DNA of 63,637 nucleotides, filler included, from Rhabdomonas costata (Eukaryota), in NCBI GenBank assembly GCA_019059605.1. It is 39 parts of 39 records of this genome, joined end to end, with 100 filler letters (N's around TTAATTAATTAA, not from the genome) between each part and the next. Parts side by side here need not be neighbours in the genome. Positions count along the whole stretch, not along the records: positions 45,761 to 47,294 come from JAHMHO010013617.1; positions 47,395 to 48,928 come from JAHMHO010013618.1; positions 49,029 to 50,562 come from JAHMHO010013619.1; positions 50,663 to 52,195 come from JAHMHO010013620.1; positions 52,296 to 53,847 come from JAHMHO010013621.1; positions 53,948 to 55,479 come from JAHMHO010013622.1; positions 55,580 to 57,112 come from JAHMHO010013623.1; positions 57,213 to 58,746 come from JAHMHO010013624.1; 31 more parts are not named here. One strand, written 5' to 3'. How positions within the stretch are numbered: the first letter of the stretch is position 1; each line of letters opens with the position of its first letter. Positions 47,175-59,448 of the stretch are shown in pieces. The notes under the pieces are model-generated. The model ran no database searches. It was not told the DNA's origin and saw nothing but the letters and a program-made list of their open reading frames with translations. The position numbers and the translations under genes are program-made.

Positions 47175-49415
47175 CTGTGGCATTAACACGATGCGGAGAG
47201 TGGCAAGCGTTACGGGTTCTTTTTGAATTCTTTCTGCGCCTGATATATGGCTGCTCCTCAAGCTTCCGCGTCACGGCCACATTGACCACACACANNNNNN
47301 NNNNNNNNNNNNNNNNNNNNNNNNNNNNNNNNNNNNNNTTAATTAATTAANNNNNNNNNNNNNNNNNNNNNNNNNNNNNNNNNNNNNNNNNNNNGGAGGG
47401 GTGGCATAATTGACGAAAGCCTAAACATGGCACACACGTGCAAAATGCGCACATAGAACATCTGCAAATGCGAATTTAACCGCGGGGCGGTGACAAAACC
47501 AATATTCCACCATTCTCATAATAACTTACTTAGGGTCGACCTGCTGCGAAACCAAAAACAGAAGGTTTTGTGTTCGTGCGGGTTGCCATTGCTGACCACG
47601 TCAAAACCAATGAAGGTGTAGGTGGAGGAGGGGGCATTCGACACAACACCACTTCGTTCCGAACGTTTTATGAACACGGGGGGTGAAATCAGTAATAAAC
47701 ATCTGAACGATGGGAGATACGTACAAAGACTCTGCCGCTTGCACCAAAGGGCCAGATGAGGTCCAATGCGGATGCAAGGGGATGATCGTAATTTTACTCG
47801 GAGGTGGGGTTATATGTTTAGCACTGCGAAAGTCTTGGTTTTCCATTTTTCGTTGCAGGAATAGATAGGCGAATGGCACACATATTACTTAAGGTATAAA
47901 AGCCAGTCCGCCGCTCGGCAGGAGCGGTAGACGGGTTGGGGATCCATGGGCTGGGCGATGCTCCGTTTTGGTTTCTTAAACGTTAAGCGGTTCTGAACGT
48001 ATAGCAACCCCGAGGCCCGGATGCAAGGAGGGAAGCGATGGGCAACTGAATCGCTTCACACCGGCTCATCACGGCGAGGCTGGCAACGGCGCTGAGGGTG
48101 GGCGAAAGCGCGGCGCACAGAACCCCGTTGCCCTCCCCATCCTCCGCCTGCTCCGTATCCAAGGCGAGGTGCACTGCCGCCGCACAGGCAACGCGCTCCA
48201 ACCCCGGGGGTTCCTCGCGGCGGCCACACGGCGCCACAACCCCGGGGAGAGGCTGGGCCCCCAGGTCTTCCGTCGAGCGAGCAGCTGAGCCTAATCCACA
48301 AGCACACGCCAAAACAAGCCGACCAAGAGGTGCGCCGATTTCTGGCGTGACATTCGCATCGATCCTTGAGTTGGGTTGAGCTTGCCGCGGCGGCGAGACC
48401 AATGCGGGCGGCCGGGGCATTGAGGTTTCAATGAACCACTGCTGTCGTGAGTTCAATTAAAAACCAAGTCAACCGTGTAATACTACTCCAATTTTGGAAT
48501 ACGCAGGCGCAAGCAAAGGATCAAACAATAGTCCAACACGCAGAATGTTCAGGGTACGCAAAAAAGGCAATGCTCCAACTACAGGAATGCAATTCGAGAT
48601 CCGCTTTGCTGGCACAAAAGCCAAGGCACAGTCTGTCAAGAACCTTCCAAATCAATACAAAACTGCCGGTACACTCTTTATTTCTCAGACAGACAACACA
48701 CAACCATGCAAGGGACGGGTAGGTCCAGCAGGTTCAACCAACAGAACGAACTTCATATTTTACACCAGAAAGCAGGCTGAGGCTGAGAGACGAGCGCCCT
48801 CACTTTGGGAAGCCAGCGACGCTGGTCTCCTCGAGGCTGGAGAGCCACGCGTTGGGCCGATTCTTCTGAAGGCCACCCTACGGACGAGAATACATGGCTT
48901 CCGTCCTTCTACCCCCACATTTCCACACNNNNNNNNNNNNNNNNNNNNNNNNNNNNNNNNNNNNNNNNNNNNTTAATTAATTAANNNNNNNNNNNNNNNN
49001 NNNNNNNNNNNNNNNNNNNNNNNNNNNNGGGGTTTTGGTGAATGTAGGAACCTGGTTGTATGTCCCTCCTCCATCTCCACGTTCCGTTGTGCGGTTTTCG
49101 GAACAACGTGCGGGCCCTGTTCCTGCTGATTCCAGGCTTCTCCTTTCTTACCCCTGCTTCCAATGGCGGGTCACTCTGGGTTTCGGGAGCTGCTTCAGCT
49201 TCGCCTTGGGCATTTTTGTTTCCAAGTTACAGGGTCGGTTTTTCGACGAATACATTTTAGAATTGTACATAGTGCCCGTTGCTTTGTTTCATCGTCCCCC
49301 TCTGTTCTCTCTCGCATTCCTTCTTGGAAAGTGTTGTTGGTGCTGCATCCCAAATATTCAAGAACTGCTCTGTCTAGTGGACGTAGTTCATTTTGTTTTC
49401 TAATGTTGCCATAGG

Positions 49416-49688
49416 AGATCTGATTGGGAAGATGAATCCCTTCCACGGGAGTCTGCCCAGCCTGCTGAGGGAGGTCTTTGCAGCGGCCTTCTCCGGCGCA
49501 GGCGCGAGCGGTGTGGGGCCTGCGGGGGAGGCTGTGGCGGTGAGCTCGATGGAGGACACCCTGGAAAGGCTTCTGCGGCACCCCTCGGGGAGCTCCGCGC
49601 CGTCTGGCGCGCGCTCAGCGCAGGGCCTGCTGAGCTTCGCGGCGGTGTCCTCTGTGGTGCTGCTGTGCGGCTTTGCTGGAGGGGTCAG
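49416..49688 (+). CDS. Putative internal exon of a hypothetical, possibly membrane, protein
   Basis: catag acceptor, gtgcag donor, very GC-rich open frame. Confidence 0.4.
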
Positions 49689-50782
49689 GTGCAGGCCTCT
49701 TGTACATGTGGTGGGTTGTGCATACGAGTGTATGGGCAGGTGAGAGGAGAGCTCAGCGCTGCACAATTCGGTGCCAAAGGGCTCCTTAACTCTGATTTTT
49801 GAGTCGCTCTTCCTCACTGCCGCCGTTTGTGTGTGTGTTGTGTGTGTATGTGTGTTTGGCGCTTTCCAGTAGCATCCACACGTTCCGGTAGCATCCACAT
49901 TCACTACGGAACGAGACTCCGGCCATTTAAACGCGCCGAGGAAACTTACTCCCCAACCAGGCATCCGCTGGCCACCATGTTTCACAGGGGAAGCCCTTGG
50001 GGTGCGGCCAGAGTTGCCTTTTTCTTAACGCCTAATCGAGACCAGCGTGTTAGACCGTGATATGGATTCGAGCCAACTTCGGTGTCTGACAGTAGCCATA
50101 CCAGTGTTTACCCTTTTCACCCAACTCAGTGTGAGTGGGGTGTACGTTTTCTTTTTGAGAGTGACGGGGGAGGTACCTGTTCCCTTTCTCCTTCTGGGCC
50201 TACGCGCAGACTGGTTTCCCAAGCGATTCAGCGACCGTTGCGCCGGTGCTGCAGGGACCCGCATCTGCTGGGTGTGCTGCTGCGGCATCTTGTGATGCCC
50301 TTCCTGCTGATGGCTCTGAGTTGGGCGGGAACCATCTCTGTGGATGGTTGGGAGACGGAGCAGCCTGCACCGCCCCGCAAGCAGCGGAAGACTGACCCGC
50401 TCTCCCCCCGTGGTGCGTGCAAAGCTGCAGGGTTACGAGCGAGCGCGTGTACAGGCGCGAGAAACAAGAAGTTTTACAGACACGGAAAAGTGGCGCCTCT
50501 CACATCGTTGCCCATTCTGGACGAAGCGAATACTTATTTTGGTTTGAAAAGAAGCCACAAAANNNNNNNNNNNNNNNNNNNNNNNNNNNNNNNNNNNNNN
50601 NNNNNNTTAATTAATTAANNNNNNNNNNNNNNNNNNNNNNNNNNNNNNNNNNNNNNNNNNNNGTGGGGTGGGGGTAGCGCTACTCGTTCTGGTGGTATTT
50701 GCCTTTTTTCGAAACGGAAGCGTGCCACCTTCGCTGCTGACGACCTAAGGACAAAAGGCAAGAGATGCCGTTCCCAAGGTAT

Positions 50783-51526
50783 CTAATAAGACCTCTCTGC
50801 CTCTCGTGCGGTGGTTTGCTGCTGATGCTTGTGTCGAAAAATGGTGTTCCTGACGTGATGTGTAGAAGTTTGGCCTTGTGATTGAGTTGGAACAACTGTA
50901 GGGAGTGTACTTGTAGAGCACGTGGGAGACCATGCACAGTCCTCGAGGGTCTGCCGAAGCACCTCCGCAAAGGCAACCGAGCGAGGGTCACGCCCCAAGC
51001 CTGCCGCCGCCGCCCTCCCAACGCTTAAAGGCCCTGTCTCGGAATCCGAGGTAGCCGCAGAGGCAGAGGCAGAGGCAGAAGCAGAAGCAGAAGCAGAAGC
51101 CAGGGCGGTAGGGGGTGGGGTACCTCCGTCGGGGGCAGTGGCCTGGTGCCGCAGCAGTCTAGCTTTGAGTTCCTCCAGGAAGAGGAAGGCCGCCCGCTTG
51201 GGCAGCGCGGGTGGGGCCACAGCAAGGTAGACCAGACCTTTGCAGACCATCAAGTGGTAGGCCTGGCCTTGATGGCTGTATGTCAGCCGCTGATCCAGGG
51301 CCAGGGGTAGTCGTCGCAGCATAGCCTGGCATACCTTCAGCAGCTGACTAGAATCCGGAACCCGGCTTCCACTACCACTACTGCTACTAGTGCTATCACT
51401 GTTACAACTACAGAGAATCTCAGGGCCCCGGGCAATCACGGCGAGCAGTATCTCCGCGCGGGGCTGGCTCGCAGCCTGGGCCCTGGCCGCCGGGGTGACC
51501 TTGCGGCCACCCGAAGTAGACGCCAT
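50783..51526 (-). CDS. VAMP7-type longin-domain protein with low-complexity inserts
   Basis: ILLAVIARGPEIL, RLTYSHQGQAYH, GLVYLAVA..PKRAAFLFLEELK and FAEVLRQ. No SNARE coil or TM segment is seen in this frame. Confidence 0.75.
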   Translation of the reverse strand: MASTSGGRKVTPAARAQAASQPRAEILLAVIARGPEILCSCNSDSTSSSSGSGSRVPDSSQLLKVCQAMLRRLPLALDQRLTYSHQGQAYHLMVCKGLVYLAVAPPALPKRAAFLFLEELKARLLRHQATAPDGGTPPPTALASASASASASASASAATSDSETGPLSVGRAAAAGLGRDPRSVAFAEVLRQTLEDCAWSPTCSTSTLPTVVPTQSQGQTSTHHVRNTIFRHKHQQQTTAREAERSY

Positions 51527-52514
51527 TGCTGCGAAATAACCTCCTAAATCCCCTTTCGCACTGCCTTTGGAAGGAAATTACAAGCCAAAGTGTGCAGAAA
51601 GCTGCTGTAGGACAAGGGCAATCCGCCACTACCTGAAACCGGGGAAGCATCCCAAGTAAACAGAATCCCCCGGTTTTCAGTTTTTCTTCCAGAAGTCTGT
51701 ACTAGCACGACACACGCAGACATAAAAATCAGCTGTTGGCACACTTGGGGGGGCTGCCGAAAAGTCTCCTACTTAGAGAGAGAAGCCATGTCTGAGACCA
51801 GCTCCGAAATCCACCTTGAAGCGTTCGCGAAGAGAAAATTACCTGGCCAGTAGACTGATGGGCAAGGGCCATTCGGCGATGCTTAGAAAGCCTGAGCACT
51901 GGTTCAGCAGCAGAAAGTCCCGCGGTTTCGGTTCTAACAGCTCTGCAGAGCAACAACCGCAGAGCAGAAAAGACGATCGTTGCGGATCTATACAAAGCCC
52001 AAACGCAGGGGGGCGGGTCTCCAGGGGAATACTATCCACAACATGGCTGTGCCATACAATGACAGGCACGGGTCGACCGAATGAACAACCGAAGCGAAAA
52101 AAAAATGGAGCAGCAGCATAGCCCTTCTGGAAAACCTCAGGTACATCACAAGGCACATTCGAAGACCACCTTCCTCCCTTTTCCTCCACCAAACCNNNNN
52201 NNNNNNNNNNNNNNNNNNNNNNNNNNNNNNNNNNNNNNNTTAATTAATTAANNNNNNNNNNNNNNNNNNNNNNNNNNNNNNNNNNNNNNNNNNNNTAGCC
52301 TTGAACAAATTGCGGTGAATGTTGACCCTTTTTGTTGTGTTGCAGGGCACATTACGGTTGTGTGACTTGAGGACAAGGGTAAGCAATTCAGACACACGTA
52401 GACAGTTTGAGGAAATAGCCATCAGAAGAGATTCTGAGTTAAGGTGTTTCGAGGTCTTGGGGTTAGTGTTGGGTGGTTGGCAAAAGGGAGGCTATCGTTG
52501 GGGGGGGGGTTCAG

Positions 52515-52888
52515 CCTCCGTTCTACAGCACTGACGTGCAGCAGATGTACGAGATGATCCTGCACTCGCGGCTGCGGATTCCGGAGTTCGTGAGTGACGA
52601 GGCTACCGACCTTCTGGCGCGGGTCTTCTTTCTGTTTGTTCGCTTGCCTCAGAGTTAAAAACATAACATAAAGGGAATTTTCGACTTGGAAGGTAAAAAA
52701 AAAGAGTGATGAACAATTTGTTGTTGGAACTGCAGCGTAATAGTGGAGGAGTGGGGAAAGCGGTGAACCCTTCTACATTTTCTCACGTTGCTGCCCCATA
52801 TGCCCAGCTGTTGGTGAGGAAGCCGGAGAAGCGGTTGGGCAGTGGACCCAATGGAGCTGCGACTGTGAAGGACCACCCCTTCTTCAAG
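52515..52888 (+). CDS. AGC-family Ser/Thr kinase (PKB/S6K-like), exons 52515-52622 and 52808-52888
   Basis: PPFYSTDVQQMYEMILH..L.IPEFVSDEATDLLAR|LLVRKPEKRLGSGPNGAATVKDHPFFK. Confidence 0.9.
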
Positions 52889-53147
52889 GTGTGGCCTAAC
52901 CCGTACCCACACAGTGCACTCTGGTTTGCCCCCCCCCAAGTTTTTCAGTGCTGTGATTGAGGGGAAAGGTATGCCGTTCCAAGAATGGGTCACGTGTTTT
53001 GTGAGTTTGTCCGCCCCGACCACCTAATCACCAACAACCTGTGACAAAACTCTGTGATCATTTTTTATATTGCCCGTTTCACCTCAAAACTGAGAGGTAA
53101 AAAAACGTTTCCAAAAAAGGAGACATTACGGACTTACAGATGCTTGG

Positions 53148-53188
<41 letters not shown>

Positions 53189-53954
53189 AATTTTTTGATT
53201 TTCACCCATTGTCTGAATGAAATGCGCCTGCGAGTGTTTCCTGATGAATTTGGGTGGCTGAGTTGGGTGCCGTTTTTGAACCAGAAAAACACCCCTGCGT
53301 CTAAGAATTGCCCACATTTTTGCTGACAGTGGTTGCTTTAAAGCAACTGAAGGAAACTATTCATTTTAATGTGCATCTTTCCTCGGAGTTCTGACAGTTT
53401 GATGTTTGTGTGGGAAACTCTCACTTTTAGATGAAACAGGCCATATATACTGGTGATCACAGAGGTTGTGGCACATGTTGTATTCAAAAGCTGTCCATGG
53501 TGTGTATTGAATTGCAGAGCATAAATTGCCTGCAGTTTCACTTTTCCCTTGCTGGCAATGAACACGCGTGTGCCAATGTGTGCAAATGTGTGCAAATGTT
53601 TGAAGTGACCAAATTTGGGGCGGAAATTGGCCGGGTGGCCGGGTGGTACCAACTGGCATCCGCTTTGTCCTTCACCTAACTATATTCACCTAACTATACA
53701 GTTGACCGGGGCTTCTCATCATTGTTCTGTTTACCGTAACCCCCGAGAACTACAGTTCACAGACAGTTCACAGAGCTCCAAACGACGCTTCTTTACAGTG
53801 CACAACAGTTCACCGCAGTTCACAAGAATATATAAAGGATATACCCCNNNNNNNNNNNNNNNNNNNNNNNNNNNNNNNNNNNNNNNNNNNNTTAATTAAT
53901 TAANNNNNNNNNNNNNNNNNNNNNNNNNNNNNNNNNNNNNNNNNNNNGGTTTTG

Positions 53955-54041
53955 GGGCCGCTGCATAGCGCAAGGGGGTGCCCCATTTTGTATCCTTGCA
54001 GGATTCTCAAGGGGGCACCCCCTTGCGCTATGCAGCGGCCC
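53955..54041. repeat. Hairpin element of 87 bp with perfect 30-bp arms
   Basis: GGGCCGCTGCATAGCGCAAGGGGGTGCCCC (53955-53984) is the reverse complement of 54012-54041; the loop has an inner ATCCT/AGGAT stem. Confidence 0.9.
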
Positions 54042-54525
54042 TGAAGGATGCCCCGGAAAAGCTTTTTCAGACGCTTTTGAGCCGGGGTGCCTCGGCTAAC
54101 GCAATTCTGGTGTGACTGCTCGGTTGGGGTGCGCAAGGTTTTCTATCTGAGGGAGCACTCTGTGTGTCCTTCGGTTTCACCGGGTGTGCGTGTGTGACCC
54201 CCAAATGCGATGAATAGGACTTCTGCGCCACGGACTCCAGAGTAGCAATGCTAAGTAGCAATGCTCTCAGAGGTCGTCCAGCCACGGGACCACTGCTGTG
54301 AACGTTGGCAGCAACCTGAGTTCTGGGACTGGGCCATTGGAGCAGCCGCCTTTGCACCATCGGATAGTCTTTGCGAGCATATCCAGTCACTCCTGAAGAA
54401 CGCCCTGACTCTGAGAACCCTGAGAGCCAAACGTCTCGTGGTGCTCTGTTTCTGTCTTTCGTCCCCTTCTAGTTCTTTCCCAAAACGGTTTTGTAGCGTT
54501 ATAACAGCAGTTGTCTTTCTTGCAG

Positions 54526-55479
54526 CCCAAAAAGGGAGACGAGGTCGTCCCTGGACCTGAGTTCGACGCTGAGCGGGACAGGAAGCGGGGCAAGGTGGTG
54601 GACGAGGACAGCAGCACCCAACCATTTCTGGTGGACTGGCGGTTGGGCACGGGCAGTTATTGGCACTATTTCCACCCAGGCCGTTGCTCCCTTCTGGTCG
54701 CACAGTGCATTGAGGTGCGCCTCGCTTGGTTCCCCCCTGCTTCCTTGCTTTCTTATGCAAAGCAGCGCCTTTTCAATTGCCAGGCACAAGGTTCTATTCT
54801 GGCTGTTGAAATATTATGATCCCCCAAATGGCATGGTTCCAGGTTCCACGTCTTTTCACCTCTCTGGTAAGTCGCACGCGTGCCTGTCGGCGAACAGTAG
54901 AGTAGTAGTCGTGTAGTTTAGGGGATGCTTTGAGGGGGGTGGGGCAGGTATTTGCTGATGTTGATTTCGACCTTACCAGATTTTGCGTTCCCCCTGCTTC
55001 GCGCAGTCGTCGGCGCTATTCCACAACACGCATTTGCCCCGCTGCATTTCTCGGCCCCCCATTTTTTGTCTGTCTGATCAGTCATTATTCCGGACGTGTC
55101 AAAGCCCATGGGCGCGGGCAGGGGGGGCACGCCATGGCAAAAATGTTTTTCCCACCCATGTTTCAGATGTGATTTCAGTGTCTCCAAGCGGTAACATGTA
55201 CTGGTCTTTGCATCGTCAATCCTGTCCTCCTCAACTTTTTCAACCCCCGTTCTCACTCACAGGACTTGGACCGGCTGCCTTTCGCGGTGGCCCTGCGGCA
55301 GGGCAACGACAAGGGCGCGGTGCTGCTGCTGGTGCGCAGCCTGGCGATAGGGGTGGTGCGGCCCAGCGCCGTGGTGGACGTGCAGGCGGGCTCCACGTGG
55401 GCCCACCTGGCCGTCGCAATGACTGCGACGGAGACCTTGGAGATGCTGCTCTCCTCTGGGGCCAACCCCAATGTGCAGG
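54526..55479 (+). CDS. Ankyrin-repeat protein with an upstream SH3-like (MIB/HERC2-like) module, exons 54526-54696 and 55263-55479
   Basis: Ankyrin GSTWAHLAV...LEMLLSSGANPNVQ; upstream KGDEVVPGPEF..RGKVV...LVDW..G. The phase-0 join is consistent. Confidence 0.6.
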
Positions 55480-55579
55480 NNNNNNNNNNNNNNNNNNNNN
55501 NNNNNNNNNNNNNNNNNNNNNNNTTAATTAATTAANNNNNNNNNNNNNNNNNNNNNNNNNNNNNNNNNNNNNNNNNNNN

Positions 55580-57047
55580 GGGGTGGGGAGCTACCTCCTC
55601 GAACGCCTGCAGGACAGGTGCTTCACCTGCCTCACGTATCATCAAGGTGGTTCTGCAGACCACCAAAATGGCAGAGAAGGGAAGGGAATGCGCGCGACCA
55701 GGCACACAGGCATACACAAGCCCGTTGGAAATGTTGCTATGACAAAGCCGTGGACTCGTGGCTCTGAGGGAGGTTACGGCGGTGAGCCGAAGTTACACCT
55801 CTAACGCGAGCACGGAGCAACGGAGATTTGCGAAGAAACTTCTGTGGAGCGTCCACAGAACGTAGAGAGTGGTTGTGGTGGTAGTTTGGCCCAGCTGACG
55901 ATCAGTAGCGATGGAAAGGTGCTTGAACGTAGTGGGAAGAATCCGACAGTGTCTTTGTAGTCTGAGAAAGGTTGAAGCTTCTCGTCTGTCCGGGCTCTCC
56001 AACACGTCCACTGTGCCTGCGGTTACTTCTGTCGTATGTTTTGAAGGTACCCCAAGAAGCTGGTGCAGACGTACTCCGTTTTCCCCAACCAGGCACGTGC
56101 ATTTCGATAGATCTTCATCTCTGTGCTACAGACCTTGATGGGTTGCTAATGCCACAACTAACCCGATAATAATCGCAACCGGACGATCAACAGGTCGCAC
56201 CTTCTGTATCAATGCAAGCAGGTGGTATATTACAGGTGGTGCATTGGTGGTGACGTTTCGATTCATTGCTTGCAATGATACCCTTGGTCACATGCTGGTG
56301 CCAGGCCTCAGGGATTCTGCAGCAGGACTAGCAGGTCTTATTTTTTGTCTTTCAGTCCGAGAAGGATGCCAGCGATGTGGTGGTGCAGCCCTACAATTCG
56401 CTGCTCACGTTGAAGAGGCTCACACTCAACGCGGACTGCGTGGTGCGCCACCTGTGTGCAGACCCTTTCCATCAGTACCCCTCAGTATCCCATGCTTCAC
56501 GACGTCAAAGTCAGTGTTGGAACTCTTGTGGATCGGGGTGAAGGGAAGGGGCAGCACTCTCACCAGCAGTTTCTCTCGCTCTCTTCGAATGACCAACTGT
56601 TGGTGTTGCTCAATGTCGGACATCTTCGAAGAAAAGCCTGGGAATTGACGAGGCTCTCGTGTAGCGCGGTTTTTCGGCCGCAGTTTTTTACAGAGCACTT
56701 TGTGAGTTTTTCAGAGATTCTCTGTTCTGCTCAATTTCATTACGTGGCACCTCCCACCTCTCACATCAACTTTACCCACCACTCAACCACGCCCCCCGCC
56801 ATGCCCATAGGTAGTGCTGGACAACACCGCGCTGAACCGGATCGCCACTGACCGTCTGCACATCACCACCCCAACCTTCGCGCAGACCAACGCCCTGGTC
56901 AGCACCGTAATGGCCGCCTCCACCACCACCCTGAGGTACCCCGGGTACATGAACAACGACCTGGGCGGCCTGGTGGCCTCCCTCATCCCCACCACCCGCC
57001 CGCACTTCCTGATGACCGGCTACACCCCCATCACGATCGACCCCAAC
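55580..57047 (+). CDS. TUBG: Gamma-tubulin, exons 55580-55617, 56047-56092, 56356-56442 and 56811-57047, partial
   Basis: [62 protein letters not shown] and [15 protein letters not shown]. Confidence 0.97.
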
Positions 57048-57769
57048 GTATGTTCTGAGGAAGCTCTCTGACATTGCTCAGCTGTCTTCTTAGCTTGCTC
57101 GTCCCCCCCACANNNNNNNNNNNNNNNNNNNNNNNNNNNNNNNNNNNNNNNNNNNNTTAATTAATTAANNNNNNNNNNNNNNNNNNNNNNNNNNNNNNNN
57201 NNNNNNNNNNNNTGTTTTGTGGCGTTCACCTTTTCTTGAGGTTGCGTGTCGGACTAGTGCGCACCTTTCCCACAACTGGAAGTGGCGATGAGCGTTGTCA
57301 AGCCAACGGCCTTGGGCATGATTCGGGTCCAGCGACTTTTGGACTTCTGGAGGTTCGCCCTCATTGCGGTGTGCTGGCTGCGGGTATCGGTTGCCTTGCA
57401 CAAAGGTATCGAAGCGCAGCTGAGCTTCGCTTAACCCTTCTGGGGCACCCACTTCACCCTTTGCGGAGCTGCTCGACTCTCGGTACATTTGCTATCAGCG
57501 GTCCGATGCAAATGCTATCCAACCCTGACCTGTTTGTGGAGCTACCCCTTTGAACACAATCGGCGCTTTTTTGCAGCCAGCCGAGCAAAGACCAAGACCC
57601 GCCCTCACAGAACACCGTGGCCTACCTTGTGGTTACCTTGCCCAAATGATCTCCAGCTCTGTTGGACTGCTTTTCCCTGCCTTAAGTCTTCATGCACGAA
57701 CTCAGACCACCTTGCGTTCCCTCGGTAGCATTTGCTATTGACCCCCCGATAGCCATGCTATCGGACAGT

Positions 57770-58145
57770 TGTTGGCATCCTGGCATCATGGGTGGTGGGT
57801 ATCTCATGCATCTTGGCATCTAGGGTCCCTAGGGTGCATCTTGGCATCTAGGGTCCCTAGGGTGCATCCTTGGCATCTGGGTAGTGGGTGCATGCTGGTA
57901 CTCCCTCGCTCTCTCTCTCGCTCTCTCTCTCTCTCTCACTCTGGTGCATCTTGGCCCAGGTGCATCTGGGAATCTTGGCATCTAGAGGTACTGGGGTGCA
58001 TCTAGGGTCCCGGGTGCTTCTTGGCATCCTAGGGTCATCTAGGGTACCCTCATGCATCTCTGGCATTTCGATGATGGTGGGTACGAAGGCATGCAGTCAC
58101 GGAGTGGCGCATGCCGTAGTAGGAGGTATCTTGGCATCTTCTTAG
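57770..58145. repeat. Degenerate tandem repeat, ~28-bp unit GCATCTTGGCATCTAGGGTCCCTAGGGT, interrupted by (CT)n
   Basis: Many GCATC and TAGGGT submotifs; two near-exact units at about 57808-57870. Confidence 0.8.
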
Positions 58146-58189
58146 CCTTATGGCGGGGAGTGAACCATAACAACGTGATCGAAAGAAAG

Positions 58190-58746
58190 GATAGAAGCAT
58201 CAAGAACACGAGCAGGAATGACGCAGAGGCAAAGAACACATCAGCGGAGGTCACAAGGCACCAAGCACACACAACAGCAGAGGTCCACGCATCAAGAAGA
58301 ACCACACACGAGTAGAGACAGGAACCACGCATAGCATAAGAGTGAAATGGGTAAGAAGCGGAAGCAGAGACAGAACCTGAGACAGAAGCCGAGGCAGAAG
58401 CAGCAGACATAGCCAACGACACAGAACCACGCATAGGATCAGAGCACCATGGGGAAGATACAGAAACAGACACAGGCATGGAGGCAGAAGGACACACAGT
58501 AGAGGCAACACCACGCATAGCACCAAGGTCAACAGCATCCACACCCACAGCATCCACACCACCCATCGACATCGGAAGGCCCACAGCAACTGGAGAACAG
58601 AGACACAACAAGAGGAGACGTAAACACAGGAAGCGCACAACAACAACGGGAGGCCAACACAGCACCAGAGACAGCAACAGGGACACTACCAGCAGCACAT
58701 ACTCCACACATTCCAGACGCACCAGCCACTCCACGCACCCCACCAC
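58190..58746 (+). repeat. T-depleted A/C-rich low-complexity tract
   Basis: Composition and GACAGAA/ACACAGA motifs resemble 22300-22776. Confidence 0.55.
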
Positions 58747-59231
58747 NNNNNNNNNNNNNNNNNNNNNNNNNNNNNNNNNNNNNNNNNNNNTTAATTAATT
58801 AANNNNNNNNNNNNNNNNNNNNNNNNNNNNNNNNNNNNNNNNNNNNGGGTTTTGATAGCGAAAAACCTACCCGCCTGCAAAAGCTAACATTGAAATCCCA
58901 CGGTGCACGTGCATCGCTATCAAATCCCCTGTCAGTTGGAATCAAAGGGAACATTTGTATCACCCTCTAATCCTTCCCAGTCTTAGATCGGAGTCACAGG
59001 AGACAAGTGCCTCGAAAACAGTTGAAAGAGGGCCCAAAAATACCTGACCCCGAGAGGAGGATCAAAATAGTAGTGGGTAGTTTATGGGGCCCAAAACCAC
59101 CACTGACCCTTGGTGGGGGGGCGGGGGGTAAAACACAATTGCGCCAAAACGTCGAAGAATATATTTAAAAAAAAGCATCGGAGATGTCCTTACTCCGGCA
59201 ACCGTGCCCCCTCCTCCCTGTGTTCACATAC

Positions 59232-59448
59232 TCCTCAGCAGGGGAGAGGAACTCTGGCGTGGACTCGGCCTTCGTTCCCGCCTCGCCCACCTCGAAGGAG
59301 TTCCTCGAGTCGTCGAACATGAAGGAGCCACCCCCTGAAAGCTCCGGGATAACTCCAAGAAGGGCTTGGGCAAACTTCGTGGTCCCCCCAACGGCGGTAG
59401 CGCTCCGCAGGTACTGCTGCAACAGGGGGCGGGCCCGCCGGTGTTCAC
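59232..59448 (-). CDS. Putative internal exon, possibly from a vWA-domain protein
   Basis: ttttag acceptor and gtatgt donor; GGTTKFAQAL resembles the vWA GGT.F..AL motif. Confidence 0.4.

Noticed and set aside
58039..58746. 235-aa hydrophobic ORF resembling a membrane protein (likewise 22251-22700)
   Set aside because: An A-poor antisense reading of a T-depleted tract lacks stops for compositional reasons.
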